From: Nostoc sp. DedSLP01
Lineage (GTDB): Bacteria; Cyanobacteriota; Cyanobacteriia; Cyanobacteriales; Nostocaceae
NCBI GenBank assembly: GCA_034530875.2
Contig: JAVRCJ020000004.1
Span: forward strand, 224,001-288,000
Length of the DNA: 64,000 nucleotides
Direction: 5' to 3'
Positions 31,616 through 42,118 of this stretch are shown one piece after another. Numbering within the stretch: the first letter of the stretch is position 1; each line of letters opens with the position of its first letter. Position numbers and translations under genes: made by a program. The notes beneath the pieces were generated by a model. It made no database searches. It was not told the DNA's origin and saw only the letters and a program-made list of their open reading frames with translations.

Positions 31616-31641
31616 TACGGTATTTCTAGACAGATACCGTA
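31616..31641. promoter_or_regulatory. Palindromic operator-like site upstream of sbp
   Basis: TACGGTAT-N10-ATACCGTA perfect inverted repeat 19-44 bp before the sbp ATG. Confidence 0.6.
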
Positions 31642-31911
31642 AAAAGAATTATAGGGTATATACAACAATAATTTTCATCTAGCTTTAATTTTTTTTAATG
31701 TAGCTATAGGTATTTTTAGATAGGTACGCCCTAAAGCTACAGGAATGCTCAAAGGATGTTTGTGTTGTGTGTCTGAGCAAGAGAAGGAAATTTAACAAAT
31801 AGAGCAAAGACTAGTAAAGATACTCATCACAGTACGCTGACACAACTTAGATATTAGCATTTAAAGACATAGCTAGCTGTAAATTAACTTGACGCCGATC
31901 GCTCGTAATAA

Positions 31912-32850
31912 TTATTGATTTGCTTTTTGTTCGCTAGCTTGCTCTACTCGCTGCCACAGTTCGCGGTCTTCTCGATAAATGCTTAATGCTGCCATCGCAT
32001 CTTTTGCATCGATGTCTTTTCCTTGAGCCACTAGTGAAATGAGAAAATCTAAACCTTGATTTTGTCGCAGCATCGCAATTGCTAATAACAATGTGCGGCG
32101 AAATTCTACCTTTCTTGTTTGCTGCCAACAACTTTTGAGTAACTCGAATGCTGGCTCTAATCGAGATTCGCCCAACGCTAATGCTGCTAATTCACAGATT
32201 CGATCTTCTGGGTGAAAAAGAAAACTAGCAACTAAAGCTAGTGAATCGGTGGGAGCTAGTTGTAACAAAGCCGTGAAACATTCCTCCATTACCTGTGGTG
32301 CTTTATCGCCAATGCGGGTTTTCAAACGCAGCAGAGGTACGCCTTGGGGATTTCCTGTATAAGCGATCGCTTTTGCAGCAGCGACCCTTGCTTCTGGTTT
32401 GGGATCGGCTAGGAGATCGGCTAATTCGTTCATTACATTTGAGTAGTTCATTCTCACCAGACCCAAAGCGCATATCCCGCGAAGATGAGCAGCAGTATCT
32501 TCTTGACCTCCCCATACTGGCTCCATCTGCACGTGTCGAATACCTTGGAGAAAAAGTTTTTCATCGCTGTATTCCAAGCGATACAGTGTTTGTGCTATTT
32601 CCTTCTTAGCAAGACAATTTTGGTCTACTTGGGTGGGTTTGACCATCATGCGAGCAAAAGCTTCTACAAGATCGGCAATCAGCGCAGTAATATTAGATTC
32701 ACCAACTATCTTGGCTGCTTGGGCAACAGCCATAGAATGTTTACTCTTGAGGACTTGGCGTAAAATTGCGATCGCTTCCTCGCTAGTGGGTTGCTCTCGA
32801 ATTTGGGCAAGAATAGATAAAGTTTCTTCTAGCTTTCGTGATTTTGGCAT
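31912..32850 (-). CDS. HEAT-repeat protein
   Basis: LLADPKPEARVAAAKAI and ELAALALG helical repeats. Confidence 0.75.
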   Translation of the reverse strand: MPKSRKLEETLSILAQIREQPTSEEAIAILRQVLKSKHSMAVAQAAKIVGESNITALIADLVEAFARMMVKPTQVDQNCLAKKEIAQTLYRLEYSDEKLFLQGIRHVQMEPVWGGQEDTAAHLRGICALGLVRMNYSNVMNELADLLADPKPEARVAAAKAIAYTGNPQGVPLLRLKTRIGDKAPQVMEECFTALLQLAPTDSLALVASFLFHPEDRICELAALALGESRLEPAFELLKSCWQQTRKVEFRRTLLLAIAMLRQNQGLDFLISLVAQGKDIDAKDAMAALSIYREDRELWQRVEQASEQKANQ

Positions 32851-32893
32851 ATATTATCCCACTTCCAAAAGCTCTGTTTTGATAACCTTACAC

Positions 32894-34129
32894 CTATAAC
32901 AGCAACTGCCAATAATTTGCAGCTTGTGTCAGATTCATTGATAAAAGCTGAGGATTTCCCAAATCTAAAACATCTTCAGGATTTGTTGGCACAATTTCCA
33001 GACATTTGATAATTTCTTGAGCGATCGCTCTTGCTAATGGTGGCGGAACTGCATTTCCTACCTGCCTTGCACCATGCCATTTAGTAATATGAAAACGAAA
33101 CCAATCGGGAAACCCATGTAATCTTGCCATTTCCCTGACTGTAATGCAGCGAGGCTGACTATAATGAATCGGCCTTGGTGAAGTATGTGCGCCGTGAGCA
33201 GCATCAGTTCCGGCTCTTAAAGTGTTGGCTATGCCCTCTTTTGCCAGTTTGAAAAAGTGAGAAATAGGTTCTTTTTTTCCCTCTTCTGTAGCGAGAAATC
33301 TAGCCCTTGAAATCTGTGAATGATTAGTTCTCATACTAGAAGTCAAAACAGAAGGATTCCAATTTCTCCTATAGCCAAAATACCAGCTTTTATCATCTAA
33401 ACATCTCATTTCTTGTGCGTAGCTGCTGGGATTTTTCCACTTTTGTGTTTCTACCCAATCGTTAAATAATAACTCTTCAAAATCTTCTACTTCTGGTAAA
33501 TCTCCAAGGGCATCCCAACAAGTAGGAGTAGGAAAAATAGAACTAGCTAATTTAGTAGATGGAGTAGGATATTGAGGCAAGACAAAACCTTTCTTTGCAC
33601 CAATGATAAATAATCTTTCTCGCCTTTGTGGTACTCCATAATCAGCAGCATTCAAAACTTTCCACGGTAAACGGATTTGATAGCCATTTTTGCTGAAAGT
33701 TTTAATTAGTTCAGACAAAAAACGTTTATGTTTCCCTACTGTTAAACCTTTAACGTTTTCAAATACAAAATAAAAAGGTTCTAATTCTAAGACAATTCTA
33801 ATAAAATCTTTGACTAAAAAATTTCTGGGGTCGTCTAATGCTCTGCGGCCTATATAAGAATAACCTTGACAAGGCGAACCAGAAATTATAGTTTCAATAT
33901 TTTGGTTGCCAATTCCAGTCCTTTCCCGAATTTCTTTGCCTGTTAATTCAGTTATCGAACAAGGTAATACAACACAATGGGGGAAATTAAATTTATGAAC
34001 GACTGCATGAACTGGATCGATTTCAACAGCAGCTTTCACATCAAAACCAGCTTGTTCAAATCCTAAACTTAGCCCTCCTGCACCAGCAAATAAATCTATT
34101 ACTATTGGTCTTTTTAGCTGCTGTTTCAT
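32894..34129 (-). CDS. Solitary C5-cytosine DNA methyltransferase, M.Ssp6803I-like (probably CGATCG)
   Basis: DLFAGAGG, PCQG, FENV, QRRER, GNAV motifs; TLRAGT and PRPIHY TRD recalled from the Ssp6803I family; start moved to ATG 34129 because the upstream extension is STRR-derived. Confidence 0.85.
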   Translation of the reverse strand: MKQQLKRPIVIDLFAGAGGLSLGFEQAGFDVKAAVEIDPVHAVVHKFNFPHCVVLPCSITELTGKEIRERTGIGNQNIETIISGSPCQGYSYIGRRALDDPRNFLVKDFIRIVLELEPFYFVFENVKGLTVGKHKRFLSELIKTFSKNGYQIRLPWKVLNAADYGVPQRRERLFIIGAKKGFVLPQYPTPSTKLASSIFPTPTCWDALGDLPEVEDFEELLFNDWVETQKWKNPSSYAQEMRCLDDKSWYFGYRRNWNPSVLTSSMRTNHSQISRARFLATEEGKKEPISHFFKLAKEGIANTLRAGTDAAHGAHTSPRPIHYSQPRCITVREMARLHGFPDWFRFHITKWHGARQVGNAVPPPLARAIAQEIIKCLEIVPTNPEDVLDLGNPQLLSMNLTQAANYWQLLL

Positions 34130-34283
34130 TTTTTCTTCTGGGCATAGGGCATTGGGCAAGCAGGAGGTGTGGGAGGATAGGGAAGAAATCTTTCCCCCCA
34201 CACTCCCCACACTTCCCCATCTTCTCATCTCCCCCCTAGTCCCCACACTCCCCTATTACCTCATCTCCCCATCTCCCCACTCC

Positions 34284-35453
34284 CTATTCCCTATTCCCTG
34301 GTAACATTGCTAAAATTTCTTGAGCAGCCCGATCGCAAACGCCAATTTCTCCCAAATTTTGCTGCATTTCTTGATAATCCGCCAAAGTTTGCTGTTTTCG
34401 GCTGATATTAAGTAATAGTTCCATTGCTGCTTGAATAATATTCTCTGCTGTAGCTTGTTCTTGTAAAAATTCTGGCACAATTTCCTTCATCACTACCAAA
34501 TTGGGTGGCGATGCAAAAGTTATGGAACCTTTGAGGAATTTACGAGCTATCCAAGCAGTCACGGGATTTAGGCGATAAACTACAACTTGCGGCACGTTTA
34601 ACAAGGCAAGTTCTAAGTTGACGGTACCAGATTTGGTAATGGCTAGATCGGCAGCAGCAAAAACTTCTTTTTGTTGACCTGATAAAACTGTAGCCTGCAA
34701 ACCATAACTTTGAATTGCCTCTTCAATTGGCTGTCTGTAGATTTCCAGAGAGAGGGGAATCCAAAAATGAACTTCGGGTAATTTAGCTTGAATCGTTTGG
34801 GCAGCTTCAAAAATGATTGGTAAAAGATATTTTAATTCTTGGCGGCGAGAGGCGGGGAGAAGAGCGATCGCAATTTGTTCTGGCGAAATCCCCAGCGTTG
34901 CACGCGCAGCTTGACGACTGGGAGCATCTTGCATCCGGTCAACTAAAGGATGCCCCACCCAACTAACTTTTGCCCCTTGCTCGCTATAATAACGGGCTTC
35001 TTCTGGAAAAATTGCTAAGAGTTTGTCTGTGAAACCAACAATTCGGTTAGTGTTACGCAAATTCAACGACCAAGCCCATTCTTGAGGAGCAATGTAATAT
35101 ACCACAGGCACTTGTGGTAGATTTTTTTGCATAAATGTGCCGATCCCCAGATTTGGACTCATGTAGTCAATTAATATTACCAAGTCTGGTGGATTTTGTT
35201 TTAGAGAAGCGATCGCCCTTCGTTGCACCTGGAGAGTCGGCAAAATATAAGGCAGCCCTTCCAAAATACCCATTGAGCCAATACTACTAGTATTGCCCAG
35301 CAGAGTTGCTCCAGCCTCCTGCATTTTTTCGCCACCCAGCGCCAAAATCTCTAATTCCAACCGCATCTCTACAGCTTGACGCTTCAGTGCTGTAATTAGC
35401 AGCGACCCTTGCAAATCGCCAGATACTTCGCCAGTGCTGATAAATATCCGCAT
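34284..35453 (-). CDS. lpxB: Lipid-A-disaccharide synthase
   Basis: STGEVSGDL, YYIAPQEW, VGHPL, LLPASR, KSGT. Confidence 0.95.
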   Translation of the reverse strand: MRIFISTGEVSGDLQGSLLITALKRQAVEMRLELEILALGGEKMQEAGATLLGNTSSIGSMGILEGLPYILPTLQVQRRAIASLKQNPPDLVILIDYMSPNLGIGTFMQKNLPQVPVVYYIAPQEWAWSLNLRNTNRIVGFTDKLLAIFPEEARYYSEQGAKVSWVGHPLVDRMQDAPSRQAARATLGISPEQIAIALLPASRRQELKYLLPIIFEAAQTIQAKLPEVHFWIPLSLEIYRQPIEEAIQSYGLQATVLSGQQKEVFAAADLAITKSGTVNLELALLNVPQVVVYRLNPVTAWIARKFLKGSITFASPPNLVVMKEIVPEFLQEQATAENIIQAAMELLLNISRKQQTLADYQEMQQNLGEIGVCDRAAQEILAMLPGNRE

Positions 35454-35617
35454 TTGATAATTCAAGTTTTAAAAGTCAGGAGTTAGAAGTTCGGAGTGAG
35501 GAATTAAAAGTGAGGAGTTAGAAGTTGAGAGTGAGGAGTTAATAGTTAAAAAATTTAATTTATCAACTTAATATTTCATAACTCCTAACTCATAACTCCT
35601 AACTCCTAACTTCTAAC

Positions 35618-36436
35618 TCACGATTCATCACTTGCGCCTTTTTTTGTCTTCCCAGGAATCAACCCGCGTCTTCCTGGCATCTGAGAAAGTAGCAGGAAGC
35701 GGCGGAGATGTTGTAACTCTTCACTATCCCCTAATAATTCCAGTTGTTCCAAGGCATTCTTAAAGGACAGACCAGAACGGTAGAGAATGCGGAAGGCTTT
35801 TTTGAGCATTTGTAAATCTGCTGCGTCCATACCAGACCGTTTAAGCCCCACAAGATTAAGAGTTCGTACCCGCGCCGGATTTCCCTCGACCAGCATAAAT
35901 GGCGGTACATCCCGGTCAATACGTGCCATACCGCCTACCATTGCCTGTTTGCCGATATGCACAAATTGATGCACGCCTAAGACCCCACTCAGCCTAGCGC
36001 GCGACTCTATATGTACGTGGCCTGCCAACGCCACAGAGTTAGCAATTACTACCTGGTCTTCAATTACACAGTTATGAGCTACATGAGCGTAAGCCATAAG
36101 CAAGTTACCATCACCAATCACTGTCGCTTCACCAGCACCAGTAGCCCGGTTAATGGTCACGTACTCGCGAATCAAGTTGTTATCACCAATTTTGACCCAG
36201 GTTGGTTCCCCTACAAACTTGAGATCCTGGGGTTCCATACCGATAGCTGCTCCAGTAAAAATCTGATTTCGCGCCCCAATTTCACAAGGCCCCTCTAGCA
36301 CTGCATGAGCGCCAATAATTGTTTCAGGGCCGACTTTGACATGCGCTCCAATCACAGCATAGGCACCGACTTGCACTGTATGGTGGAGTTCCGATTTGGG
36401 ATGAACTACAGCAGTTGGATGAATAAGCGTTTTCAA
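35618..36436 (-). CDS. lpxA: UDP-N-acetylglucosamine acyltransferase
   Basis: Hexapeptide repeats, PQDLK, HVAHNC, VHQF; TTG start with GGAG RBS. Confidence 0.95.
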   Translation of the reverse strand: MKTLIHPTAVVHPKSELHHTVQVGAYAVIGAHVKVGPETIIGAHAVLEGPCEIGARNQIFTGAAIGMEPQDLKFVGEPTWVKIGDNNLIREYVTINRATGAGEATVIGDGNLLMAYAHVAHNCVIEDQVVIANSVALAGHVHIESRARLSGVLGVHQFVHIGKQAMVGGMARIDRDVPPFMLVEGNPARVRTLNLVGLKRSGMDAADLQMLKKAFRILYRSGLSFKNALEQLELLGDSEELQHLRRFLLLSQMPGRRGLIPGKTKKGASDES

Positions 36437-36726
36437 GGGTAGAATCTCCAGAACTGTCTTAATAAGCCAGCGCCAACGGTGGTTTTTCAGGCAGTGCCTT
36501 GCTCTGTGTAAAGAGTTCTAGCGGCTGCTGTTCCATTGAAGCGACTGGCGTTGCTGAACTTGAGTGTTTCAGCGAACGAAAGTGTCGGGCAAAGCAAGTT
36601 GAGTGTGAGGGCGGCGAAAATCAAGAAATAATAAGATGCTGTTGTGGATTTTTTTTGAAACTGTTATCCTGATCGGGATTCAGTAGGGCAGTTCACGGCT
36701 GTAGCCCTGACCACGAAAGCAAACTT

Positions 36727-37239
36727 TTAGTTAACTAAGGAAAACATCAATTCGCCTTCACAAGCGAGTTGACCGTCAACTTCGGCAATACCTTGCATTT
36801 TACCGAAACGACGTTGTTTTACCCATAACAGTTCCACTGTCATTACTAGTCGATCGCCCGGTACGACTTGCCGACGAAAGCGGACTTTATCGATACCAGC
36901 AAAAACGAACAGTCCACCTTCAACCTGAGACATTTGAGTTAAGACAATGCCTCCGACTTGTGCCATTGCTTCCACAATTAGCACTCCTGGCATCAGCGGG
37001 CGTTCGGGGAAATGACCTTGGAAACAGGGTTCGTTAATTGTGACATTTTTAATGCCAACAGCTTTTTGACCTGGGACGTAATCAGTAATTTTGTCTACCA
37101 GTAAAAATGGGTAGCGGTGGGGTAGGAGTTGCTGAATTTCTTCAGATGTGAAAGTTGTTTTAATCTCATTTGTGTCTTGTTGTTCGGTAGATACAGGTGT
37201 AGTGCGATCGCTGCTATTCACTTGAGTAAGGATTGACAT
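36727..37239 (-). CDS. fabZ: 3-hydroxyacyl-ACP dehydratase
   Basis: [30 protein letters not shown]. Confidence 0.97.
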   Translation of the reverse strand: MSILTQVNSSDRTTPVSTEQQDTNEIKTTFTSEEIQQLLPHRYPFLLVDKITDYVPGQKAVGIKNVTINEPCFQGHFPERPLMPGVLIVEAMAQVGGIVLTQMSQVEGGLFVFAGIDKVRFRRQVVPGDRLVMTVELLWVKQRRFGKMQGIAEVDGQLACEGELMFSLVN

Positions 37240-37335
37240 TAGCGGTGTAGTTGATTTTTAATCTGGTAATTGAGTAAGCGTAGATTGAAATCGTTATCAA
37301 TCTAGGATTTTTAGCTTTCAGAACCAATCCAAACT

Positions 37336-38181
37336 CTAAAACCCTAAATCTAAAATTTTCTTGGCCAGTTGAATGTGTAAATTGTGGCTGGCTTTATACG
37401 CTAAGAAATGAGCAACAGGAAAATTTCCTAGTAAACTCAAATCTCCCACTAAATCCAAAATTTTATGACGGACTGGCTCATTTGCAAATCTTAATGGTGG
37501 ATTTAGCCACCCTTGCGGCCCGCAAACTAGTGCATTATCCAAACTACCACCTTTAATTAACCCTGTTGTTTGTAAGTGTTCTATTTGATGCAGTAATCCA
37601 AAAGTACGAGCTGGAGCAATTTCTGCTGCAAAGCTAGCAGAAGCATCTTCTAGATTACCCGTTAGCGACCAACTATGCCATTGGTTGCCAATTGCAGGCA
37701 CGTCAAAATCGATACCATAACTAAAGCGGGTTTCCGGTGCTGGGATAGCACATACACAGGCATCTTCTTGATAAACGCATATTGGCTCTTTAATAACCAA
37801 GGGTTCGCGGTTCTCTAGTTGTGGTACTAAGCCAACCTGGGCAATATTCGCTGTCCACTCCTTTGCCGAACCGTCCAAAAGTGGAACTTCCGGCCCGTTA
37901 ATTTCAATGCGGGCGTTATCTACGCCCATAGCCGAAAGTGCTGCCAATAAATGTTCTACTGTGCGAACATATACCTCACCCTTACCCAATTGGGTTGAGA
38001 GAACAGTGCGATCGACTGCCGCAACTTGGGCTGGAATTATTGGCATATCCGGTAAATCTACCCTGACAAAGTAGCGTCCACTACTGGTTTCAGCTGGTAG
38101 TATCCGCACTTGTGTAGTTACACCGCTATGCAATCCCACTCCAGTTTGCGTAATTTGCCCCGCTAGAGTGTGCTGTTGCAT
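37336..38181 (-). CDS. lpxC: UDP-3-O-acyl-GlcNAc deacetylase
   Basis: [27 protein letters not shown]; start moved to ATG 38181. Confidence 0.95.
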   Translation of the reverse strand: MQQHTLAGQITQTGVGLHSGVTTQVRILPAETSSGRYFVRVDLPDMPIIPAQVAAVDRTVLSTQLGKGEVYVRTVEHLLAALSAMGVDNARIEINGPEVPLLDGSAKEWTANIAQVGLVPQLENREPLVIKEPICVYQEDACVCAIPAPETRFSYGIDFDVPAIGNQWHSWSLTGNLEDASASFAAEIAPARTFGLLHQIEHLQTTGLIKGGSLDNALVCGPQGWLNPPLRFANEPVRHKILDLVGDLSLLGNFPVAHFLAYKASHNLHIQLAKKILDLGF

Positions 38182-38395
38182 AGGCGAAAACTCAATATAT
38201 TTCGTTGAGTATCGTTCATAGTTAGTCTGTTTTGGTAAAACCCCTGATATTCGTTCGCAAATGTCATTTATCCCTTTATCGGAACAGTATTGAGGCAAAC
38301 GCCAAAATTAGCAAGCTAATCCGAAAAAATTATGAGCTAAGAGTGAAGAGTGAGGAATTAAAACTCATAACTCCTAACTTGTAACTCCTAACTAC

Positions 38396-40987
38396 CTAGA
38401 ATCTTTCGCCAATACCGAAATTAATCCGACTATCACCATCATCATTGATACCGTAGTCAATGCGAATTGGCCCTAAGGGAGACTGGACGCGAACGCCGAG
38501 GCCATAACCGTAGCCAGTGCCGTTTTTGTTCAGTATTTCCGCGGGTCTGGTAGTAGTTCCCAAGTCACTACCAATGTCAAAAAATAGTGCGCCGCTAACT
38601 ACTGAAAAAACTGGAAACCGATACTCAACTGACGCTTGCACGTAACTGCGTCCGCTACTTAATGCTCCTTCTTCATAACCCCGAACCGAGTTGCTACCGC
38701 CAATGGTAAAGGCTTCGTAAGGGGGCAAGTCACCAAGGACTGTTCCTGCTTGGAGATTAAATGCTAGGGTTTGTGCCCCTTTACTGAGGCGAATCAACTG
38801 TACGGGGAAATATTGACTGTAGCTACCCCGTAATCTGGTAAGTAAAATATTACCCGATCCTATGGGTACAGACTGATCGATCCCGAAGCGGAGATAAGAA
38901 CCGCTAGTGGGTTGGAGGGGATTATTACGAAGATCCCGCTGTACCCCCAGTTGTAAAAGTAAGAGATCGTCTTGACCTGTATCCGACTCAGTTAATGGAG
39001 TGGTGACTAACTGTTTGCCAGGAAGAAGATTTCCATTATCGTCAGTGATACGGTTTCCATTCTCGTCGATAGGCTGTTCGTCTTCATTGAAGAGTGCCGC
39101 ATCTCTTCTCTGGTTGCCATCACCATCTTCACTGGTAACTCGTTGATACTGTAAACCTGCTGAGGCAGTCCACACTGAACTCTTGTAGGGATTGGCGGAT
39201 AGGGGACGGGTAAAAGTGACGCCACCACCTAAACGGACGATACGGGGACGATCCTGAGCATCTGTATCTACTATGGGATTATCTGGATTAAACGTTCTAA
39301 GATCCCGATCTTGGCCATCAAAAATCAGCGAAATGGAACTGCGGCGGAAAAGGTTCGTTGTATAGGAAGTCCGGTAAGGATCTCCAGCAATCCAAGGGTC
39401 GGTAAATCGCACGTCAAACAGCAGTTCCCTTTCTCCCACCTGTACTTCTGCTCCCAGTTTTTGATTTCTGCCATTCAGGTTTTGCTGTTGATAGCTAACT
39501 GTACCAAAAAGTCCGCTAGCAGAACTAATCCCTGCCCCAGCAGCAATGGAACCGCTGCTGCGTTCGGCTACATTTACTACTACATCCACTTTGCTGGGGT
39601 CGGTACCAGGGTCGAGGGAGACATTCACATCCTCAAACAGCCCCAGCCCATACACGCGCTGTAGGTCTTTTTGGACTGTATTGCGGTTGAATACTTGTCC
39701 TGGCTTTAATTCCAATTCTCGCGTAATGATGTATTCTTGGGTGCGTCCGCGAATTGGTTGTCCTTTTTCGTCTGTTTCCTGACCATCTTTGTTGCGGAAC
39801 CGGACTCGAATGTTTTCTACTACCCCTTCTGCTACCTGCAAGGTAACTACTCCGTTTTCAGAGACTTGGGGCGCTCCAATGACGTTGGCTAGTACGTAAC
39901 CTTGGTCTTGATACCGCTTGTTTAACTGCTTGATTCCTTCTTGTAGATCGCGGAGGTTGAGGATTTTACCATACTGTTCGCGGAATACTTCATCTACAGT
40001 GTTAGCTGGTAGTACCGAGGGAACACCAGTACCAGGATTAGCTTGGATTTCTACCTTGGTCAAAACGGGGTTGGGCTGCACGACAAAACTGACCCGTACT
40101 CCCAAGGGCGTATCTTCTGGCGATGCTTGAACGTTGGAAAAGAAGCCAGTACCAAAGATGGCGTTAATATCTTCTTGCAGTTGGCTGCGGGTTGTGGTTC
40201 TTCCTGGCTGGGTACGAATGACTCTGTAAACTTGTTCTTCGAGTTCTGGTGCTAATTGCCCAGTCTGGGATCTAACCACTACTTCCGATACGAGTACCCG
40301 GGGATCGGTACTTTCTGGGGCTGCGCCTGGTTGTGTATTTTGCGGAGTACTACCTGGGGCTGCGCCTGGTTGTGTATTTTGTGGAGTACTTTCTGGGGCT
40401 GCGCCTGGTTGTGTATTTTGCGGAGTACTACCTGGGAATGGGGCTGGTGTTCGTTGTTGACTATCTGGAAATGGAATGTCGGGAGTAGAGGATGGCTGTT
40501 GAGTATCTTCGGGAGTTGTAGGTTGTACGGGTTCTGTTGCAGGGGCGGTATTCTCGGGGACTGGGGTGGTTTCAGGAGTTGGCGAAGGCGTTGGTTGTTG
40601 AATATCTGGGGCTGGAATCTCTAGGGCAGGGGATGGCTGTTGAGTGAGGTTGCTGTTATTTTGAGACCTTTGTACGGTTGCTGCCATTGTGGAGGTTGGT
40701 ACTATCGTCTCTGGTATGGCGATCGCCTTTGTTTTTTTACCAGGGAAAACTGCGACAACACGGGACTGGAGGTGTTGTGCCTCTGGAACCCCTGTGAGAT
40801 TAAGTTGAGATTCTAAATGACTAGAGTTAACCTGAGCAGTGTCTTTTTCTGGCTGTTGATTGGTTTCTAGTGTCAAAACTTCTGTTGTTTGTTTTGCACT
40901 GTCCGCGGTTTGGGCATTTGCACTCAGTGAGCCGCCCAAAGGCACTGCAATTGCTACTGCTGTCAGCAATACGGGAGATAAACGCAT
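38396..40987 (-). CDS. bamA: Omp85/BamA outer-membrane assembly protein
   Basis: Signal peptide, Pro-rich region, POTRA domains, SVRGY motif, C-terminal FGIGERF. Confidence 0.93.
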   Translation of the reverse strand: MRLSPVLLTAVAIAVPLGGSLSANAQTADSAKQTTEVLTLETNQQPEKDTAQVNSSHLESQLNLTGVPEAQHLQSRVVAVFPGKKTKAIAIPETIVPTSTMAATVQRSQNNSNLTQQPSPALEIPAPDIQQPTPSPTPETTPVPENTAPATEPVQPTTPEDTQQPSSTPDIPFPDSQQRTPAPFPGSTPQNTQPGAAPESTPQNTQPGAAPGSTPQNTQPGAAPESTDPRVLVSEVVVRSQTGQLAPELEEQVYRVIRTQPGRTTTRSQLQEDINAIFGTGFFSNVQASPEDTPLGVRVSFVVQPNPVLTKVEIQANPGTGVPSVLPANTVDEVFREQYGKILNLRDLQEGIKQLNKRYQDQGYVLANVIGAPQVSENGVVTLQVAEGVVENIRVRFRNKDGQETDEKGQPIRGRTQEYIITRELELKPGQVFNRNTVQKDLQRVYGLGLFEDVNVSLDPGTDPSKVDVVVNVAERSSGSIAAGAGISSASGLFGTVSYQQQNLNGRNQKLGAEVQVGERELLFDVRFTDPWIAGDPYRTSYTTNLFRRSSISLIFDGQDRDLRTFNPDNPIVDTDAQDRPRIVRLGGGVTFTRPLSANPYKSSVWTASAGLQYQRVTSEDGDGNQRRDAALFNEDEQPIDENGNRITDDNGNLLPGKQLVTTPLTESDTGQDDLLLLQLGVQRDLRNNPLQPTSGSYLRFGIDQSVPIGSGNILLTRLRGSYSQYFPVQLIRLSKGAQTLAFNLQAGTVLGDLPPYEAFTIGGSNSVRGYEEGALSSGRSYVQASVEYRFPVFSVVSGALFFDIGSDLGTTTRPAEILNKNGTGYGYGLGVRVQSPLGPIRIDYGINDDGDSRINFGIGERF
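40308..40436. repeat. 39-bp coding tandem repeat, about 3.3 copies
   Basis: Encodes STPQNTQPGAAP(E/G) three times. Confidence 0.9.
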
Positions 40988-41115
40988 TTTACTTATGATT
41001 CCTCTTCACAACCACACACACCATCACAAATTAGTCATTAGCCAGTGATTTTTAGTTTTTCACAAAGGACAAATGACAATCCATACGACTTTAATTAATT
41101 TTTCCCCATTCCTAT

Positions 41116-41853
41116 TTAATTATTACTCTCTACTACTTTTAGTACTCGCTGTAAAACCTCCTGGTAAGCATCCTCTACATTTCCTAAGTCTCGGCGAAAG
41201 CGGTCTTTGTCCATTACTCGACGTTCTGAGTCTTGTTCTGTACTATCCCACAAACGGCAGGTGTCGGGGCTAATTTCATCTGCCAAGAGCAACTGCTGTT
41301 GTGAGTCCAAACCAAATTCTAGTTTGAAGTCTACTAGAGTAATGCCGCAGCGCTGCCAAAAGTCAATGAGAAATTCATTGATTTGCAATGCAAGATGTGT
41401 AATTGCATCCACTTGTTCCGGCGTAGCTAGTTCTAGCAGGTACAGGCGATCGCGTGTTAACAAAGGATCTCCTAATGGATCGTTTTTGTAATAAAACTCT
41501 ACCAAAGGCTGTTTCAGAATTGTACCCACTGGTAACCCTGTTTGCTGAGACAGACTCCCAGCAGCAATATTTCTCACCACTACTTCCAAGGGTATAATCT
41601 TTACTGCTCTTACCCGCATCTGGTTAGGAGCAGGGCTATCAATAAAGTGAGTCTTGATCCCATTTGCCTCTAACTGTTTAAAAAGCTGGCTGGAAATACT
41701 GCAATTAATATTTCCTTTTCCTTGAATACTCCCACGCTTTTGCGCGTTAAAGGCTGTGGCATCATCCTTAAAATCAGCCAATAAGATTTGTGGATCGTCC
41801 GTTTTGTAGAGAACTTTCGCTTTTCCTTCGTATACCTTGGAATTAACAGACAT
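41116..41853 (-). CDS. purC: SAICAR synthase
   Basis: YEGKAK, FKDDATAFN, PLEVVVRN, DFKLEFG, DEISPDTCRLWD. Confidence 0.97.
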   Translation of the reverse strand: MSVNSKVYEGKAKVLYKTDDPQILLADFKDDATAFNAQKRGSIQGKGNINCSISSQLFKQLEANGIKTHFIDSPAPNQMRVRAVKIIPLEVVVRNIAAGSLSQQTGLPVGTILKQPLVEFYYKNDPLGDPLLTRDRLYLLELATPEQVDAITHLALQINEFLIDFWQRCGITLVDFKLEFGLDSQQQLLLADEISPDTCRLWDSTEQDSERRVMDKDRFRRDLGNVEDAYQEVLQRVLKVVESNN

Positions 41854-42118
41854 AGTAGCTGGTAAAGTTTTAAACGATGGACAATTTTTGTCCTTTAAGG
41901 CTTAACCATTTTATCTTTAGTTACCAACCATTAGCTATTGGCGATCGCCGATTGGCAACTCAAGGCTAAAGGTTGAGAGTTAGTAGTTTGACAATACACC
42001 TTTAGCGAGTTTAAAACCACCAAATCTGTCGTGAGAGAGAAAATAATATTTTCTATTGGAGGAAAAATCTCATATCCAAAATTGAATAATTCCCTAGCCG
42101 TGGGACTGGATAGTAGCA

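Noticed and set aside
32894..34129. Possible restriction-modification or defence system
   Set aside because: No endonuclease motif in the neighbours; resembles a solitary housekeeping MTase
34130..34246. N-terminal extension of the methyltransferase ORF
   Set aside because: Repeat-derived; the family-like sequence starts at MKQQLKRP (34129)
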